This document shows positions 43,413 through 54,240 of a stretch of 64,000 bases of DNA, in pieces. Position 1 is the stretch's first letter. Each line of letters opens with the position of its first letter. The notes under the pieces are model-generated. The model was not told the DNA's origin and searched no databases. It was given only the letters and a program-made list of their open reading frames with translations. Source of the stretch: Planctellipticum variicoloris (GTDB lineage: Bacteria; Planctomycetota; Planctomycetia; Planctomycetales; Planctomycetaceae); the NCBI RefSeq assembly GCF_030622045.1, contig NZ_CP130886.1, positions 1,313,557 through 1,377,556 of the forward strand. Reading direction: 5' to 3'. A program made the position numbers and the translations under genes.

Positions 43413-46400
43413 ATGCCAATCCTGACGGAATGCGACGTCTGCGGGAAAAAGTATCGTTTTCCCGATGAGCGGGCCGGGAGCACGGTCGTCTGCAAGGAGT
43501 GCGGAGCCGATCTCGAATTACCCGGCGGACGCAGCCGGTCAAGCGGCCGTTCCCGCGGTCGGAGCGGCAAGAGCTCCGGGGCTCCTCCCGTCGTGAAGTA
43601 CGCCGCGGGGGGAGTCGCCTTCGTCGTCTCGGCGGTGATTGCTTATCAGGTGGTGAGTTCGATGTTCGCCCCAGCGCAACCGGTGCCGCACTTCGGGATG
43701 CCGAACGGCGTCGGGGCGATGCCGGTCGGAAGCGGTTTGCCGGGCGGCGATCAGGCCTTTCCCGGCAGCGGAACGAAGTCGCGATTCGATGCTCCAGTGA
43801 CGGGGACGACCGTCGGCGGGAGCGGGGTTGGGAATGCGGCCTCCGGGCTGCCGCGGTCGGAGGGGCCGAGGAATCCTGAGGCGGGCTCGGGATTCGGGGC
43901 CGTGGTCGGCGTGACGAAGACTTTTCGCGAGAAGCGATCGGTGCGCGCGGGGGGGGCGGAGGGCGAGTTCGACATTTTGCGAGAGCCGCCGGATGTCCTG
44001 CCGCCTGAGTTCTGGTCGGCGGAACCCGAAGAGACGGTCGCAGCGCTGGAGTACACGGCGAAGAAGGCCCCGAAGATCAAGATTCCCATGACGCGGGGGG
44101 CATCGCTGGGGGACATCGTGTTTCCAGTGGTTCCGAGCCGGTTTGTGCTGGTCGGGCAAGGAGGGAAGCCGAAGGACGTCCGCGAGCTGTGGGATGTGAC
44201 GGCCAATTCGAAGGTTGCGAAGATCGACGGGTTGAAGGCCGAGACGTTCATGGCGGCGCTCAGCCCCGATGGAAAATACTTCGCGGGGACGACTGACAAA
44301 CATCGCTCCCAGGGAGTCGGCGTGTGGGACACCGAGCATGATGAACATGTGATCGACATTGAGGGAGTGTCGCTCGACGCCAACTGGGACGGGCTGGCGA
44401 TTCCGCGCCCCGATCGGCTGGTGGCTGCCAACTTTTTCGGGCGCGGCGAGATACATCTGTTCGAGCTGCCGACCGGCTCGAAGGTGGCCGACATCGATCT
44501 GGGGCATCACGGCCGCGCGAACGCGGCGGCGTTCAGCCCCGGCGGCAAGCATATTGCGGTGGTCCACAACAAGGACTGGAAGGAAGTCGTCACGCTGTTC
44601 GACCTGGAGGACGGGAGCCCTGTGGGCGATCTGGCGCTGCCGGGCTACGACATCGGCTGGTGGATTAAAGTCGTCGGTCTGGCGTTCTCGCACGACGGCA
44701 AAGAACTGGCGGCGGTTCTCGACGGCTGGCACTGTTCCAAGATCGTGATCTGGAATGTGGAAGACGGCGAGATCGTGGATCATATGACCTTCAAGGAGAA
44801 GCTGAAGGATCTGGTCCTCGGGGATCGGCGGATCGGGGCGATGCCGATTCAGTTCTTTCCCGGCGGGCAGCGGCTGCTGGCCTACGAGCACGGGCTGATC
44901 GATCGCCAGGCTGGAGCGATGGTCTGGCAGGTTCCGGCGAGCTCGGTGAACTTTCCCGGCAAGCGGTTCGCTCTCGACGACAGCCATCTGACGGTGATCG
45001 ACGCCAGCGGCAATTCCGGGTTTGTGACCGTTTACGAATTGCCCGAAGAGAAGATCGCCAAGTCGACCGAGCGAATCGCCAGGAACCTGGCCCGGCGAAA
45101 CGACTACGAGGTCATCCTCGTCAACGACGACGAAGTCCCCGATCAGCCGACGTTCGTTTCGATGAAAACGGTGAAACCGGGTGAGACGACATGGACGGTG
45201 AAGCCCGACCCCGGACCGCAGTCTGAACTCAACTCCAAGCCGGTCGCGCTGCGGAACGGGCCGGGATCGCTGCGGGAGATCGCGCTGGCGGGTGACGACG
45301 CCCCGGTGGCGGTGGCGCTTCGTTCCAACAAGTGGGATCCGTTCGGGCGGGTGATGGAGGGGGATCGGTCGGCCCAGCAGTTGTCGCAGTTTCGCTTTCA
45401 TGCGACCGCGGGGAATGAGTCCTCGGCGTTCTCCAGCGACACCGGCTCGGGCAAGGACCGGGCCTGGGTGGATGTTTACGATCTCAAGACCGGTCAGCAG
45501 CTCCGCGAGTTCAAGTTCCGTCGAGACGGCGATCTGGTCGACGTCAGTCCGGATGGTTCGCGGTTTCTCTTCTGGACCGCCGATAAGGCCGGGCGGTACG
45601 ACATCTATGCGACGCAGGACGGCAAGCAGCTTGCGAGCTGGCAGCCGTATCGTTCGGAAACCACCGAACTGGGACGACTTCCCGTGGGGGCTCAGTTCGT
45701 CGCCGGGAATCGGGTTGTGACGCTCAGCGGCGAGGGTCGACTGGTCTGCTGGGATCTCGATGCCGGCGCCGCGGCGATGTGGGGAGCGGACAACGCTTCG
45801 CGCCCGGTCGTGACGCCGGGGGGGAAGTATATCGGTTATTCCGACGGGCAGGCGTACTATTTCGTCGATGCGGCGACCGGCGAGCGGTGCGGACGCATCA
45901 CCGACGTCGGCGACGTTCATGCGGCGGCGATCGATTCCGCCGGGATGCGGCTGGCGCTCCTCTCCGAGCACAACGGCGGCTACTACCTGTTTACGGTCAA
46001 TCTCACCGACGGTCAGGCTGCGGCTCCGTTCCCCGTGCCGGTCCTGTCGGGTTATCTGCAGTGGTGCGACGAGCGTTATCTGCTGCTCGACAACGCCCGC
46101 CTGATTGATACCGACCAGAAAGTGACCGTCTGGGCGTACGATCTGGCGGAAGGAGATCACCTGCCGCGGGGTCGCTGGGGGAGACACTGGTACGTCACGA
46201 CGGCCGGGGACCGGCCGGTCCTGGCGGCGGCCCGCCTGCCGGCGCCGCAGGTCGTCGGCGAGCTTTCCGGGAAGACGGCGCCGCTGGAGTTCGTGCTGCA
46301 ACCCGGAGGCGTCTGCTCGCTGGTGCTGCAGGCAAATCATCCGGCGATCGACCCGTCGGCGCTGACCGAGGCCCGGAACAAACTGGTCGAGCAGCTCAAG

Positions 46401-46784
46401 AACCATAAGATCACGGTCCAGGAGGGGGCGGCGGTGCAGCTCGTCGTCACCGCGGTCGAAGAAGTTGGTACGACGGAACAGCGGAGCTACCGGCAGTTCG
46501 GGCGACTCGATTCGGTGGACGTCAGCTTTACGGCCAAAGTGACAACCGTGAAGGCCGCGTTCGTGGTGCAGGGGGAAACGGCGTGGGAGGAATCTCACAC
46601 GGTGAGCAACTCTTCCGGGTTCGTGACGACCCAGGGGAATCAGTCGGTCGATCAGGCGTTGCAGGATCAGTACACGGGGGGCGTGCGCTCGGCGATCCAG
46701 AACTTCACGCTGCCGCCGTTCGTCTTTACGCCCCGGTCGGCGAACGGTCTCGGCCGGACCGAACTGACGGCGCGCGGGGAGTGA
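43413..46784 (+). CDS. Large membrane-anchored beta-propeller (WD40-like repeat) protein with an N-terminal zinc ribbon
   Basis: CDVCGKKYRF...CKECGADL zinc ribbon, TM helix GGVAFVVSAVIAYQVV, then repeated propeller-like blades (AFSPGGKHIAVVHNKDWKEVVTLFDLEDG; AFSHDGKELAAVLDGWHCSKIVIWNVEDG; ...). Confidence 0.7.
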   Translation: MPILTECDVCGKKYRFPDERAGSTVVCKECGADLELPGGRSRSSGRSRGRSGKSSGAPPVVKYAAGGVAFVVSAVIAYQVVSSMFAPAQPVPHFGMPNGVGAMPVGSGLPGGDQAFPGSGTKSRFDAPVTGTTVGGSGVGNAASGLPRSEGPRNPEAGSGFGAVVGVTKTFREKRSVRAGGAEGEFDILREPPDVLPPEFWSAEPEETVAALEYTAKKAPKIKIPMTRGASLGDIVFPVVPSRFVLVGQGGKPKDVRELWDVTANSKVAKIDGLKAETFMAALSPDGKYFAGTTDKHRSQGVGVWDTEHDEHVIDIEGVSLDANWDGLAIPRPDRLVAANFFGRGEIHLFELPTGSKVADIDLGHHGRANAAAFSPGGKHIAVVHNKDWKEVVTLFDLEDGSPVGDLALPGYDIGWWIKVVGLAFSHDGKELAAVLDGWHCSKIVIWNVEDGEIVDHMTFKEKLKDLVLGDRRIGAMPIQFFPGGQRLLAYEHGLIDRQAGAMVWQVPASSVNFPGKRFALDDSHLTVIDASGNSGFVTVYELPEEKIAKSTERIARNLARRNDYEVILVNDDEVPDQPTFVSMKTVKPGETTWTVKPDPGPQSELNSKPVALRNGPGSLREIALAGDDAPVAVALRSNKWDPFGRVMEGDRSAQQLSQFRFHATAGNESSAFSSDTGSGKDRAWVDVYDLKTGQQLREFKFRRDGDLVDVSPDGSRFLFWTADKAGRYDIYATQDGKQLASWQPYRSETTELGRLPVGAQFVAGNRVVTLSGEGRLVCWDLDAGAAAMWGADNASRPVVTPGGKYIGYSDGQAYYFVDAATGERCGRITDVGDVHAAAIDSAGMRLALLSEHNGGYYLFTVNLTDGQAAAPFPVPVLSGYLQWCDERYLLLDNARLIDTDQKVTVWAYDLAEGDHLPRGRWGRHWYVTTAGDRPVLAAARLPAPQVVGELSGKTAPLEFVLQPGGVCSLVLQANHPAIDPSALTEARNKLVEQLKNHKITVQEGAAVQLVVTAVEEVGTTEQRSYRQFGRLDSVDVSFTAKVTTVKAAFVVQGETAWEESHTVSNSSGFVTTQGNQSVDQALQDQYTGGVRSAIQNFTLPPFVFTPRSANGLGRTELTARGE

Positions 46785-47095
46785 GCGATTTCGCAGGCAG
46801 AGAAGAAGAAGTTTTACCGCGGAGACTCGGAGGACGCGGAGAGCAGAGGGGGAGAGACGCTTGCCAGTTTCCTTGTAAAATTGCTCCGATGGAACTTGAT
46901 AAAGAGCTGTGACGAGAGAGGCGGGGCAGCGAAGTCCTTGCAAGACGAAATGTGCGAAATGCAGAAATGCAAGTCTTCCCGGAAACCGTTGTGGTTAAGC
47001 TGTCTGGGGAGCATGTGATGACAAACATGGCGGCGTGCTTCGAACGACGATCGGCGTTGAACGGAATTTGCTCGCGAAGGAAGTTTACGGTGAGA

Positions 47096-48394
47096 ATGTT
47101 TTTGCTTCTGTGCCTGGGGACGCTGCTCGTCGGCAATTCCCCGGTCGGCGTCATGGCGGACAACTGGCCGCAACGGCGCGGTCCGCGTGGCGACAGCACC
47201 ACTCAGGAGACGGGTTTGCCGGTGACCTGGAGCGAAACGGCGAACGTCGTCTGGAAGGCCGCGCTCCCGGAGTGGGGCGACAGTACGCCGGCGATCTGGG
47301 GAGACGCGATTTTCCTGACGTCCGAGTCCGACGGGAAGCTGCTGCTCGTGCGTCTTTCGACGAAAGATGGCCAGATCGTCTGGACGAAGGAAGTGGGGGC
47401 TGCAGTCGCGGTACGGAAGGAAGCCGCTACTGGCAAACGTTCGTCGAAGTTCCACGACCTGCAGAATCTGGCCACGCCGTCGCCAGTCACCGACGGCGAA
47501 CGGGTGATCGTGCATTTCGGGAACGGACTGCTCGCGAGCTACCGCTTCGACGGGACGCTGGAATGGCGGCGGAATCTCGTCGAAGACTACGGTCCCTACA
47601 CGATCTGGTGGGGTCACGCCAACAGTCCGGTACTCGTTGACAACCTGGTGATTTCGGCCTGCATGCAGGACTCGCTGGATGGAGAGACGACGGAGCTTGC
47701 GCCGAGCTACGTTGTGGCGCACGACAAAACGACCGGCAAGGTGGTCTGGCACACGCCGCGCATGACCGGTTCGCACGCCGAGGAAGGGGATTCCTACACG
47801 ACTCCGCAGTTGCGGACGGCTCAGGGCCGTCGCGAACTGGTCGTGATGGGGGGGAACGTCCTCGACGCCTATGAGCCGCTCTCAGGCGAACGGATCTGGT
47901 CGGTGCCGGGACTCACCGGCGGACGGACGGTGACCGGTCCGACGCTCGTCGGCGACTGGGTCTTTACCACGGTCGGCATGCGCGGGGCGCTGCAGGGGCT
48001 GAAGCCGGTCGGCAGGGGCCAACTGCCCGGTGAGATCATCGCCTGGAAAGAAACGCAGAACACGCCCGACTCCTGCAGCCCTGTGGCCTGGAACTCGCTG
48101 CTGTGGGTCGTCACCGACAACGGCATCGGTGCGTGCTACCGGCAGGCGACGGGCGAGAAGATGTGGCGGGACCGAATCGGCGGTCGCGACTACAAGGCTT
48201 CGCCGGTTGCGGGGGACGGCAAGGTCTACTTCCTGAGCCGGGAGGGACTGTGCACGGTGATTGCGGCGGAGGCCGAGCGGGACGTTCTGGCCAGCAACAC
48301 GCTCGACGACGAGTTCGTCGCCTCGCCGGCCGTCAGCAATGGCCGGATCTATCTGCGTGGCAAGAAGGCCCTCTACGCGATTGGCGCGAAGTGA
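47096..48394 (+). CDS. Secreted PQQ-like beta-propeller repeat protein (BamB-like fold)
   Basis: Signal peptide [21 protein letters not shown]. Repeated ...G..vW... blades ([48 protein letters not shown]; ...[11 protein letters not shown]...). ATG at 47096. Confidence 0.7.
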   Translation: MFLLLCLGTLLVGNSPVGVMADNWPQRRGPRGDSTTQETGLPVTWSETANVVWKAALPEWGDSTPAIWGDAIFLTSESDGKLLLVRLSTKDGQIVWTKEVGAAVAVRKEAATGKRSSKFHDLQNLATPSPVTDGERVIVHFGNGLLASYRFDGTLEWRRNLVEDYGPYTIWWGHANSPVLVDNLVISACMQDSLDGETTELAPSYVVAHDKTTGKVVWHTPRMTGSHAEEGDSYTTPQLRTAQGRRELVVMGGNVLDAYEPLSGERIWSVPGLTGGRTVTGPTLVGDWVFTTVGMRGALQGLKPVGRGQLPGEIIAWKETQNTPDSCSPVAWNSLLWVVTDNGIGACYRQATGEKMWRDRIGGRDYKASPVAGDGKVYFLSREGLCTVIAAEAERDVLASNTLDDEFVASPAVSNGRIYLRGKKALYAIGAK

Positions 48395-48876
48395 CTGACG
48401 AGCTTGCGCTGACGTATCCGCCGACGATCATCGTCGTGCATCCGAAAGAACGCCGGGCCAAGTGCACGGTCCGCCCTCTGCGTCCGCGGGCGGACTTCCG
48501 GTTCTGCAACTATCCCCGCGTCCCGGCGATTCCGGCGGGGTATGTCCGACTCGGGCTGGGAGGGCCGGTGTTGAGTGCGGCGGACGCCGAGGCGGGTCTG
48601 CTGTTCCTGGACGGGACCTGGCGGTGGGCGGAACGGATGGAGGGACTCGTCGCCGAGGTGCCCGTGCGGACGCTGCCGCCGCTGGTGACGGCGTATCCGC
48701 GGGTCTCCAAAGTGTCGGAAGACCCGGTGTCGGGACTGGCGACGATCGAAGCGGTTTACGCCGCGTTCCGATTGCTCGGTCGGTCGACGGAAGGGCTGCT
48801 CGACCACTATCACTGGGCGGAGGAGTTTTTGGCGCGGAACGCGGGAGTGTGGGGAGAGGGAAGACGTGGTGAGTGA
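48391..48876 (+). CDS. DTW-domain protein, short form (TapT/YfiP-like tRNA acp3U transferase family)
   Basis: [19 protein letters not shown] and [11 protein letters not shown] (the D-x-T-W motif). GTG start overlaps the upstream stop by 4 nt. Confidence 0.55.
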   Translation: MTDELALTYPPTIIVVHPKERRAKCTVRPLRPRADFRFCNYPRVPAIPAGYVRLGLGGPVLSAADAEAGLLFLDGTWRWAERMEGLVAEVPVRTLPPLVTAYPRVSKVSEDPVSGLATIEAVYAAFRLLGRSTEGLLDHYHWAEEFLARNAGVWGEGRRGE

Positions 48877-49048
48877 GGAGTGGTCAGTGGCGAGTGAGAA
48901 GAAAATGCCAGACATGGGATCACGCTCAATTCTGGCTCTCGACTCTAGGCACTCGACTCTCGACTTGTTTTTCGACATTTCCCCGCGACTGGTGGCTGCG
49001 GCGGGCGTTGCCTAGAATGATGGTTCCCGACCTCCAGCTCCGGATATC

Positions 49049-49531
49049 ATGGCCAAGAAACCTGCTGCTTCTGCTGAGACTCCGAACGACCGCGTGGTCT
49101 GTCGCAACCGTCGCGCGCGGCACGAGTACGATCTGCTCGAAGAGCTGGAATGCGGCGTCGTGCTGCTGGGGAGCGAAGTCAAGAGCATCCGGAACAGCAA
49201 GATCTCCATCGAAGAGGCCTACGTCCGCGTGCAGAATCGCGAGGTCTGGCTGCTCGGCTGCGATATCTCGGAGTACCCGCAGGCGACGTATATGAATCAT
49301 GAGCCGCGTCGGCCGCGAAAGCTGCTGCTCCGTCGGCGGGAGATCCGCAAGTTTGCCGAGTGGGCGTCGCAGAAGGGGCTGACGATCATTCCACTGGACG
49401 TCCACCTGAAGCGGGGGCTGGTGAAGCTGACGGTGGCGCTGGCCAAGGGCCGGAAGCTGCACGACAAGCGGGAGAAGCTCAAGGAGAAGGCGGACTCGCG
49501 GGAGATGCGGCAGGCGATTCAGAAGGGGTAG
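49049..49531 (+). CDS. smpB: SsrA-binding protein SmpB
   Basis: VVCRNRRARHEYDLLEELECGVVLLGSEVKSIRNSKISIEEAYVRVQNREVWLLGCDISEYPQATY...RPRKLLLRRREIRKF is collinear with SmpB. Confidence 0.9.
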   Translation: MAKKPAASAETPNDRVVCRNRRARHEYDLLEELECGVVLLGSEVKSIRNSKISIEEAYVRVQNREVWLLGCDISEYPQATYMNHEPRRPRKLLLRRREIRKFAEWASQKGLTIIPLDVHLKRGLVKLTVALAKGRKLHDKREKLKEKADSREMRQAIQKG

Positions 49532-49597
49532 TCGAGATCCCCGGCGTCACGCGCCGCAGCGCCCCCGACAGACGTCTGATTCGCATGCGAAGCAACA

Positions 49598-50491
49598 TCA
49601 AGCGGTCGCGAGATCCCACACGGCAATCGTCCGGTCGAAACTCGCGGTTGCCAGTCGGCTCCCGTCCGGGCTGAAGGCGACGCAGAAGACCGTGTTGCGA
49701 TGGGCCGGTTCTGCGAGGAGTTGCTGACCGTTGGCCGGATCGCACAACCGGACGACGCCATCCAGGCCTCCAGTCGCCAGCCAGCGGCCGTCGGGCGAGC
49801 AGGCGACCGATTTGAGGCCATGTGAATTGGCCTGCATGCTCCCGGCGGGCTCCCCGTCGGCGGTCCAGAGCCGCAGACTGCCGTCGGCGCCGACTGAGGC
49901 GAGTCGTCGATCGTCGGGGGAAAACGCCAGCCCTTCGACGGTCCGCGAATGGCCTGCGAGCGTCTTCAGCAACTTCTGCGAGTCGACGTCCCACAGAAGG
50001 ATGTTGTGATCGTCGCCGCCCGAGGCGAGATGTTTGCCGTCGCTCGAAAGCGCCACGGCCTGCACTGTCCCGGTGTGGCCGGTCAGCACGGCCAGGGCCG
50101 CCGTGCTCTGCAGGTCCCAGACGCGGGCGGTCTTGTCGAAGCCCCCCGAAGCGGCCCGCGTCCCCTGCCGGTTGATCGCCGCACAGCTCAGGTAGTCCTG
50201 ATGCCCCGAGAAGGTTGCTTCGGCGGTGGCTGTTTCCAGCTTCCACAGCTTGAGCGACCGGTCGAGGCTCGCGGTCAGCAACCGTTGATCGGACAGCCAG
50301 GCGACGAACGCGACGCCGTCGCCGTGGCCTTTGAGCGTGCCGGTGTGCGCTCCGTCGGCGACGTTCCAGAGCTTGACGGTGTTGTCGAGGCTGGCGGTGG
50401 CCAGTTGGCTGCCATCGGGGGAGAACGCCGCCCAGTAGACGGAGTTGCCGTGCGTGAACGTGCGGGTGCGCGTGAGTCGCAGGGCCGCCAT
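49598..50491 (-). CDS. WD40-repeat protein
   Basis: Seven repeats of the pattern GH...V..VAFSPDG..LATAS.D.T.KLW (for example AAFSPDGSQLATASLDNTVKLWNV). Confidence 0.85.
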   Translation of the reverse strand: MAALRLTRTRTFTHGNSVYWAAFSPDGSQLATASLDNTVKLWNVADGAHTGTLKGHGDGVAFVAWLSDQRLLTASLDRSLKLWKLETATAEATFSGHQDYLSCAAINRQGTRAASGGFDKTARVWDLQSTAALAVLTGHTGTVQAVALSSDGKHLASGGDDHNILLWDVDSQKLLKTLAGHSRTVEGLAFSPDDRRLASVGADGSLRLWTADGEPAGSMQANSHGLKSVACSPDGRWLATGGLDGVVRLCDPANGQQLLAEPAHRNTVFCVAFSPDGSRLATASFDRTIAVWDLATA

Positions 50492-51840
50492 CAGACCAGT
50501 TCCGGCAGGGGGCGATGAATCGGATCGACGAGGTACTGCGGGCGTCCCGAACGGTCGGGGAGCGTGGTGTGTTCCACGTCGATCCCCAAGTTGTGGTACA
50601 GCGTGGCGAAGACTTCCTGGAAGTGGACCGGGCGTTCCTGCGGATGTTCGCCGAGCCGGTTCGTACTGCCGATTACCTGGCCGGTGCGCATGCCGCCGCC
50701 GGCGAGGAGGGCGCAGCCCACCTGCGGCCAGTGGTCGCGCCCGCCGTTTTTGTTGATGACCGGGGTCCGGCCAAATTCGCCCCAGACGACGACGCTGACG
50801 TCTTTGTCGAGTCCGCGTTCTTCGAGATCATCCAGCAGGGCGGTCAGCCCCTGGTCGAATTGCGGCAGATGGTCGCGAGCGTTTTCGAAATTTGTGCCGT
50901 GCGGCCGGCCGTGCCAGTCCCAGCGGCCGTAGGCCACGGTCACGACGCGGGCGCCCGCTTCGACGAGGCGTCGCGCGGCGAGGAGGTACTCGTTGCGAAG
51001 CGGGCCGGCGTCGCCGTAGCCGGCGTTCTCGACGGCACCGCGGCCATAGCGATCAAGGACTTCGGGGCCTTCCTGTGCGACATCCAGAGCGTTGACCAGG
51101 TGACTCGACGTCAGGATGCCGAACGCATTTTCGTAGTGTTTGGCGAGTCCTTCGAGGGCCCCGCTCTGCCCGGCCTGGCGCTGCAGGCGATCGAGGCCGT
51201 CGAGGAGGATTTTGCGATTTCGGAGTCCGTCGACGTTCAGGCCGTTGAGAGTGAGCTGGGCCGACTCGGCGTTCGGAGCGAAGGGGGCGTGGGCCTCACC
51301 GACGAAGCCGGGCTGGCCCGGGTCGCCCCAGGGAGCATTTCGCATCCGCGGCGCGAGGCTGACGAAGGGGAGCGTGCCCTCGGTCACCGGCCCCTGCAGC
51401 TTCGAGACGACCGAGCCCAACGACGGCCAGCCGCCGGCGGGCTGATTGAGGACTTTCTGTCCGGTGAGACACTGAAAGGCGGCGTGGCGACCTTCGGACC
51501 CGACGAGCGATCGGATGACGGCCAGCCGATCCATCCGACTGGCGAGCCGGGGGAGGAGCTCGCAGACTTCGATCCCGGGGACATTGGTGGAGATGGGCTG
51601 GAACTCGCCGCGAATTTCGGCGGGTGCGTCCATTTTCAGGTCGACCATGTCCTGATGGGGCGGGCCGCCGGACAGGAAGACCATGATGACGGCTTTGTGC
51701 GACCGCCGGCCGGCAGCCGCTTCGGCGCGGAGCAGGTCGGGGAGGCTCAGTCCGCCCATGGCCAGGGCGCCGACCTGCAGCATGCTCCGTCGCGACAGCC
51801 CGTCACAAAATGGGGCTCGCGTTCCCGATCGGCCGGCCAT
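50491..51840 (-). CDS. DUF1501 (sulfatase-like) family protein, Tat-exported
   Basis: [14 protein letters not shown] Tat-like signal. [30 protein letters not shown] and downstream motifs match the DUF1501 paralog at 58610. Confidence 0.85.
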   Translation of the reverse strand: MAGRSGTRAPFCDGLSRRSMLQVGALAMGGLSLPDLLRAEAAAGRRSHKAVIMVFLSGGPPHQDMVDLKMDAPAEIRGEFQPISTNVPGIEVCELLPRLASRMDRLAVIRSLVGSEGRHAAFQCLTGQKVLNQPAGGWPSLGSVVSKLQGPVTEGTLPFVSLAPRMRNAPWGDPGQPGFVGEAHAPFAPNAESAQLTLNGLNVDGLRNRKILLDGLDRLQRQAGQSGALEGLAKHYENAFGILTSSHLVNALDVAQEGPEVLDRYGRGAVENAGYGDAGPLRNEYLLAARRLVEAGARVVTVAYGRWDWHGRPHGTNFENARDHLPQFDQGLTALLDDLEERGLDKDVSVVVWGEFGRTPVINKNGGRDHWPQVGCALLAGGGMRTGQVIGSTNRLGEHPQERPVHFQEVFATLYHNLGIDVEHTTLPDRSGRPQYLVDPIHRPLPELV

Positions 51841-52045
51841 CTGTGACGCTCCCGAGTTGACGGACGAGGTTTCTCATTCGAATAACATATAAAGAATCGT
51901 TGCTGGGAGTCTACTGGAAACCGAGTTTGACAGCGGAAAAAACGACCGAAGCGCCGGGGGCAATCACTGCCGCCGGCGCTTCGGAGGATTTGCAGACGCG
52001 GATGCGCCCGTGCGAATGCGTTGCGAAACTGTCGCGGCGAACCGC

Positions 52046-53386
52046 TCAGATCCAGGTCGGCTGCCAGCCGGTGCGGTAGGGCTTGGTCAGCAGGTCCTGC
52101 ACGTGAGGAGCGCCGGTCAGTTGCAGCTTCTCTGAATCCCAGGCGAGCTTGCTCCCGGCGTGGCGGATGGCGATGGTTCCGAGCAGGACGGTTTCGCTGA
52201 GGGGGCCGGAGTAGTCGAACGCCGAAGTCGCCTTGTCTTCGCCCCGGCAGGCGTCAGCCCACGAGGTGTAGTGATTGCGGGCCGGGACCACGGGGATGGT
52301 GAAGTCAGCGAACTTTTCCTCGGGGAAGAGCTTGGGCATCGCGACGTGCGGAATGACGAGCGAGCCTTTTTCGCCGACCAGGACGGAGCCGCTGCCCGGG
52401 AGCTTGTAGGACTCGGGCAGTCCCAAGGCGTCGCGCGGAGGAAACTTGCCGGCGCCGTCGTACCAGGTGACGGGGATTGTCGTTCCGGCGGTGAATTCGG
52501 TTCCGGGGAAGACGTAGGACACCGTGGACCATTTCGCCCAGACTTCGCGATTGAGGGCCGGGGCTTCGGCTTGAATCGAGAGTGGCGCGGTCAGCTTCAG
52601 GGCCATGAAGACGGGGTCGAGAATGTGGCAGCCGAAGTCGCCGAGCTGGCCGTTGGAGAAGTCCTGCCAGGCGCGCCAATTGAACGGGTGGTAGATTTTG
52701 GGGAGGTAGGGGCGCTCGGGCGCTGCGCCCAGCCAGTCGTCCCAGTGGACGGTTTCCGGCACCGGCTCGCTGCCGGCGGGCCGGTCGTCGACGAGTATCC
52801 AGCTCATGACGCCGCTTTGCCAGGAGTGGACTTCGCGGACCTTGCCGATGGCGCCGTCGTGAACGAGCTTGACGGCGGTCCGGTAGGCCTCGTGTGACTG
52901 GATCTGATTGCCCATCTGCGTCACGACGTTATACTTCTTCGCCGCGAGCTGCATCTGCCGGGCTTCGAAGACGGTGTGCGTCAGCGGCTTCTGGCACTGC
53001 ACGTGCTTGCCGAGCTGCATGGCGGCGAGGGAAATCGGCGCGTGCATGTGATCGGGAGTGGAGACGATGACGGCGTCAATTTCCTTGGACTCGTCGAGCA
53101 GTTTCCGCCAGTCGGTGTAGCGCTTGGCGTCGGGGAATTTTTCCGCGGCCCGGCCGAGGTGTTCGGCGCTTTCGTCGATGTCGCACAGGGCGACGATCTG
53201 CACGTGGGGACTGGCGGCGGTGGCGGTCAGGTCGGACCAGCCTTTGCCGCCCGTGCCGATGGAGGCGACGCGCAGCCGGGCGTTCGCTCCGGGAACGCGT
53301 CCCCAGCTCGCCGAGGGCAAGGCCAGGACACCGCCGGCGACAATCGCCTGCGACAGAAAGTGACGACGTGAAACCGGGTGGGACAT
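52046..53386 (-). CDS. Gfo/Idh/MocA-family NAD(P)-dependent oxidoreductase (Tat signal)
   Basis: RRHFLSQAIVAGGVLALP. Rossmann N-terminus LRVASIGTGGKG...IVALCDID...AVIVSTPDHMH. Confidence 0.85.
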   Translation of the reverse strand: MSHPVSRRHFLSQAIVAGGVLALPSASWGRVPGANARLRVASIGTGGKGWSDLTATAASPHVQIVALCDIDESAEHLGRAAEKFPDAKRYTDWRKLLDESKEIDAVIVSTPDHMHAPISLAAMQLGKHVQCQKPLTHTVFEARQMQLAAKKYNVVTQMGNQIQSHEAYRTAVKLVHDGAIGKVREVHSWQSGVMSWILVDDRPAGSEPVPETVHWDDWLGAAPERPYLPKIYHPFNWRAWQDFSNGQLGDFGCHILDPVFMALKLTAPLSIQAEAPALNREVWAKWSTVSYVFPGTEFTAGTTIPVTWYDGAGKFPPRDALGLPESYKLPGSGSVLVGEKGSLVIPHVAMPKLFPEEKFADFTIPVVPARNHYTSWADACRGEDKATSAFDYSGPLSETVLLGTIAIRHAGSKLAWDSEKLQLTGAPHVQDLLTKPYRTGWQPTWI

Positions 53387-53599
53387 CCTGGAGATCCTGG
53401 GCAGGAGGTTGTTGCGGGAACGCCGACCAAAAACTTACCCGGTGAAAGTCTGCGGGGAAAGGGGGGACCGGCTTTTCTCGCAACGTCGCGAGTCGATGAG
53501 ATTGATTCGCAAGCGGCAGGCGGCTCGATGACTCGAGCGCAGTCGCTTGAACGAAGAGATTTGAGGCATCACGAGTTAATCGACTTTGGGTCGACGCCG

Positions 53600-54049
53600 C
53601 TATCCTCTCTGCGGCACACAGTAGAAATCACAGCAGACTTCAAAGCCGCACCGCGAACACTCTCGGACGACATTGGGGTTCAGGCAGACGGCCGCGTTCC
53701 CTCCGTCTGTGAAGACGCACACCGTCATTGCCGCGCGTCCCTCCGCGGACATTCGACGAAGAAACGATCGTTCTTCCTCGTCGAGAGTCGACAGGAAAGT
53801 CCGGACGATGTCGTCCGGTTCGACTTCGGGGAAGTTCAACCGGGATTCCGAATGTAAGCCAATCCTCCAAGTCGTCACACGTGCCGGGCGCAATCCGTCA
53901 CCGGACGTGCCGCCGTATTTCCGTGCGGGGAGTTCGCCGACTTTGACAGAACGCGACGGACGGCGATGCAATGCATCCGTAATCTCGTCCGGGTCAATCG
54001 ACGGATGCCAGATCGAGACATCAACGCAGAATGAATACTCCATATTCAC
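53600..54049 (-). CDS. DUF4279-like hypothetical protein
   Basis: MNMEYSFCVDVSIWHPSIDPDEITDALHRRPSRSVKVGE resembles the DUF4279 N-terminal signature (EYS..l.i.g..ldpdeit..lg..pt). Confidence 0.5.
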   Translation of the reverse strand: MNMEYSFCVDVSIWHPSIDPDEITDALHRRPSRSVKVGELPARKYGGTSGDGLRPARVTTWRIGLHSESRLNFPEVEPDDIVRTFLSTLDEEERSFLRRMSAEGRAAMTVCVFTDGGNAAVCLNPNVVRECSRCGFEVCCDFYCVPQRG

Positions 54050-54240
54050 TCGCTCCAGAACCAGCAGTGCAGGTGCGTCGCATCAGCCGGCAATGCCATC
54101 TGAACAAGCCCTCGGCCCGTGGTCGATCCGTTCGTTCATTCGCGACTTCCATTGCACAGCGGCGAAAGTCTCGCGATCGTCTTTTCTTTGCGTCTCCGCG
54201 TTCTGCTCCGCGTCTCTGCGAGAGATCTTCAAGAATTAAA

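Noticed and set aside
49532-49597. tmRNA (ssrA) next to smpB
   Set aside because: The short smpB-WD40 intergenic region has no tRNA-like acceptor/T-arm pair and no resume-codon context. ssrA is presumably elsewhere.
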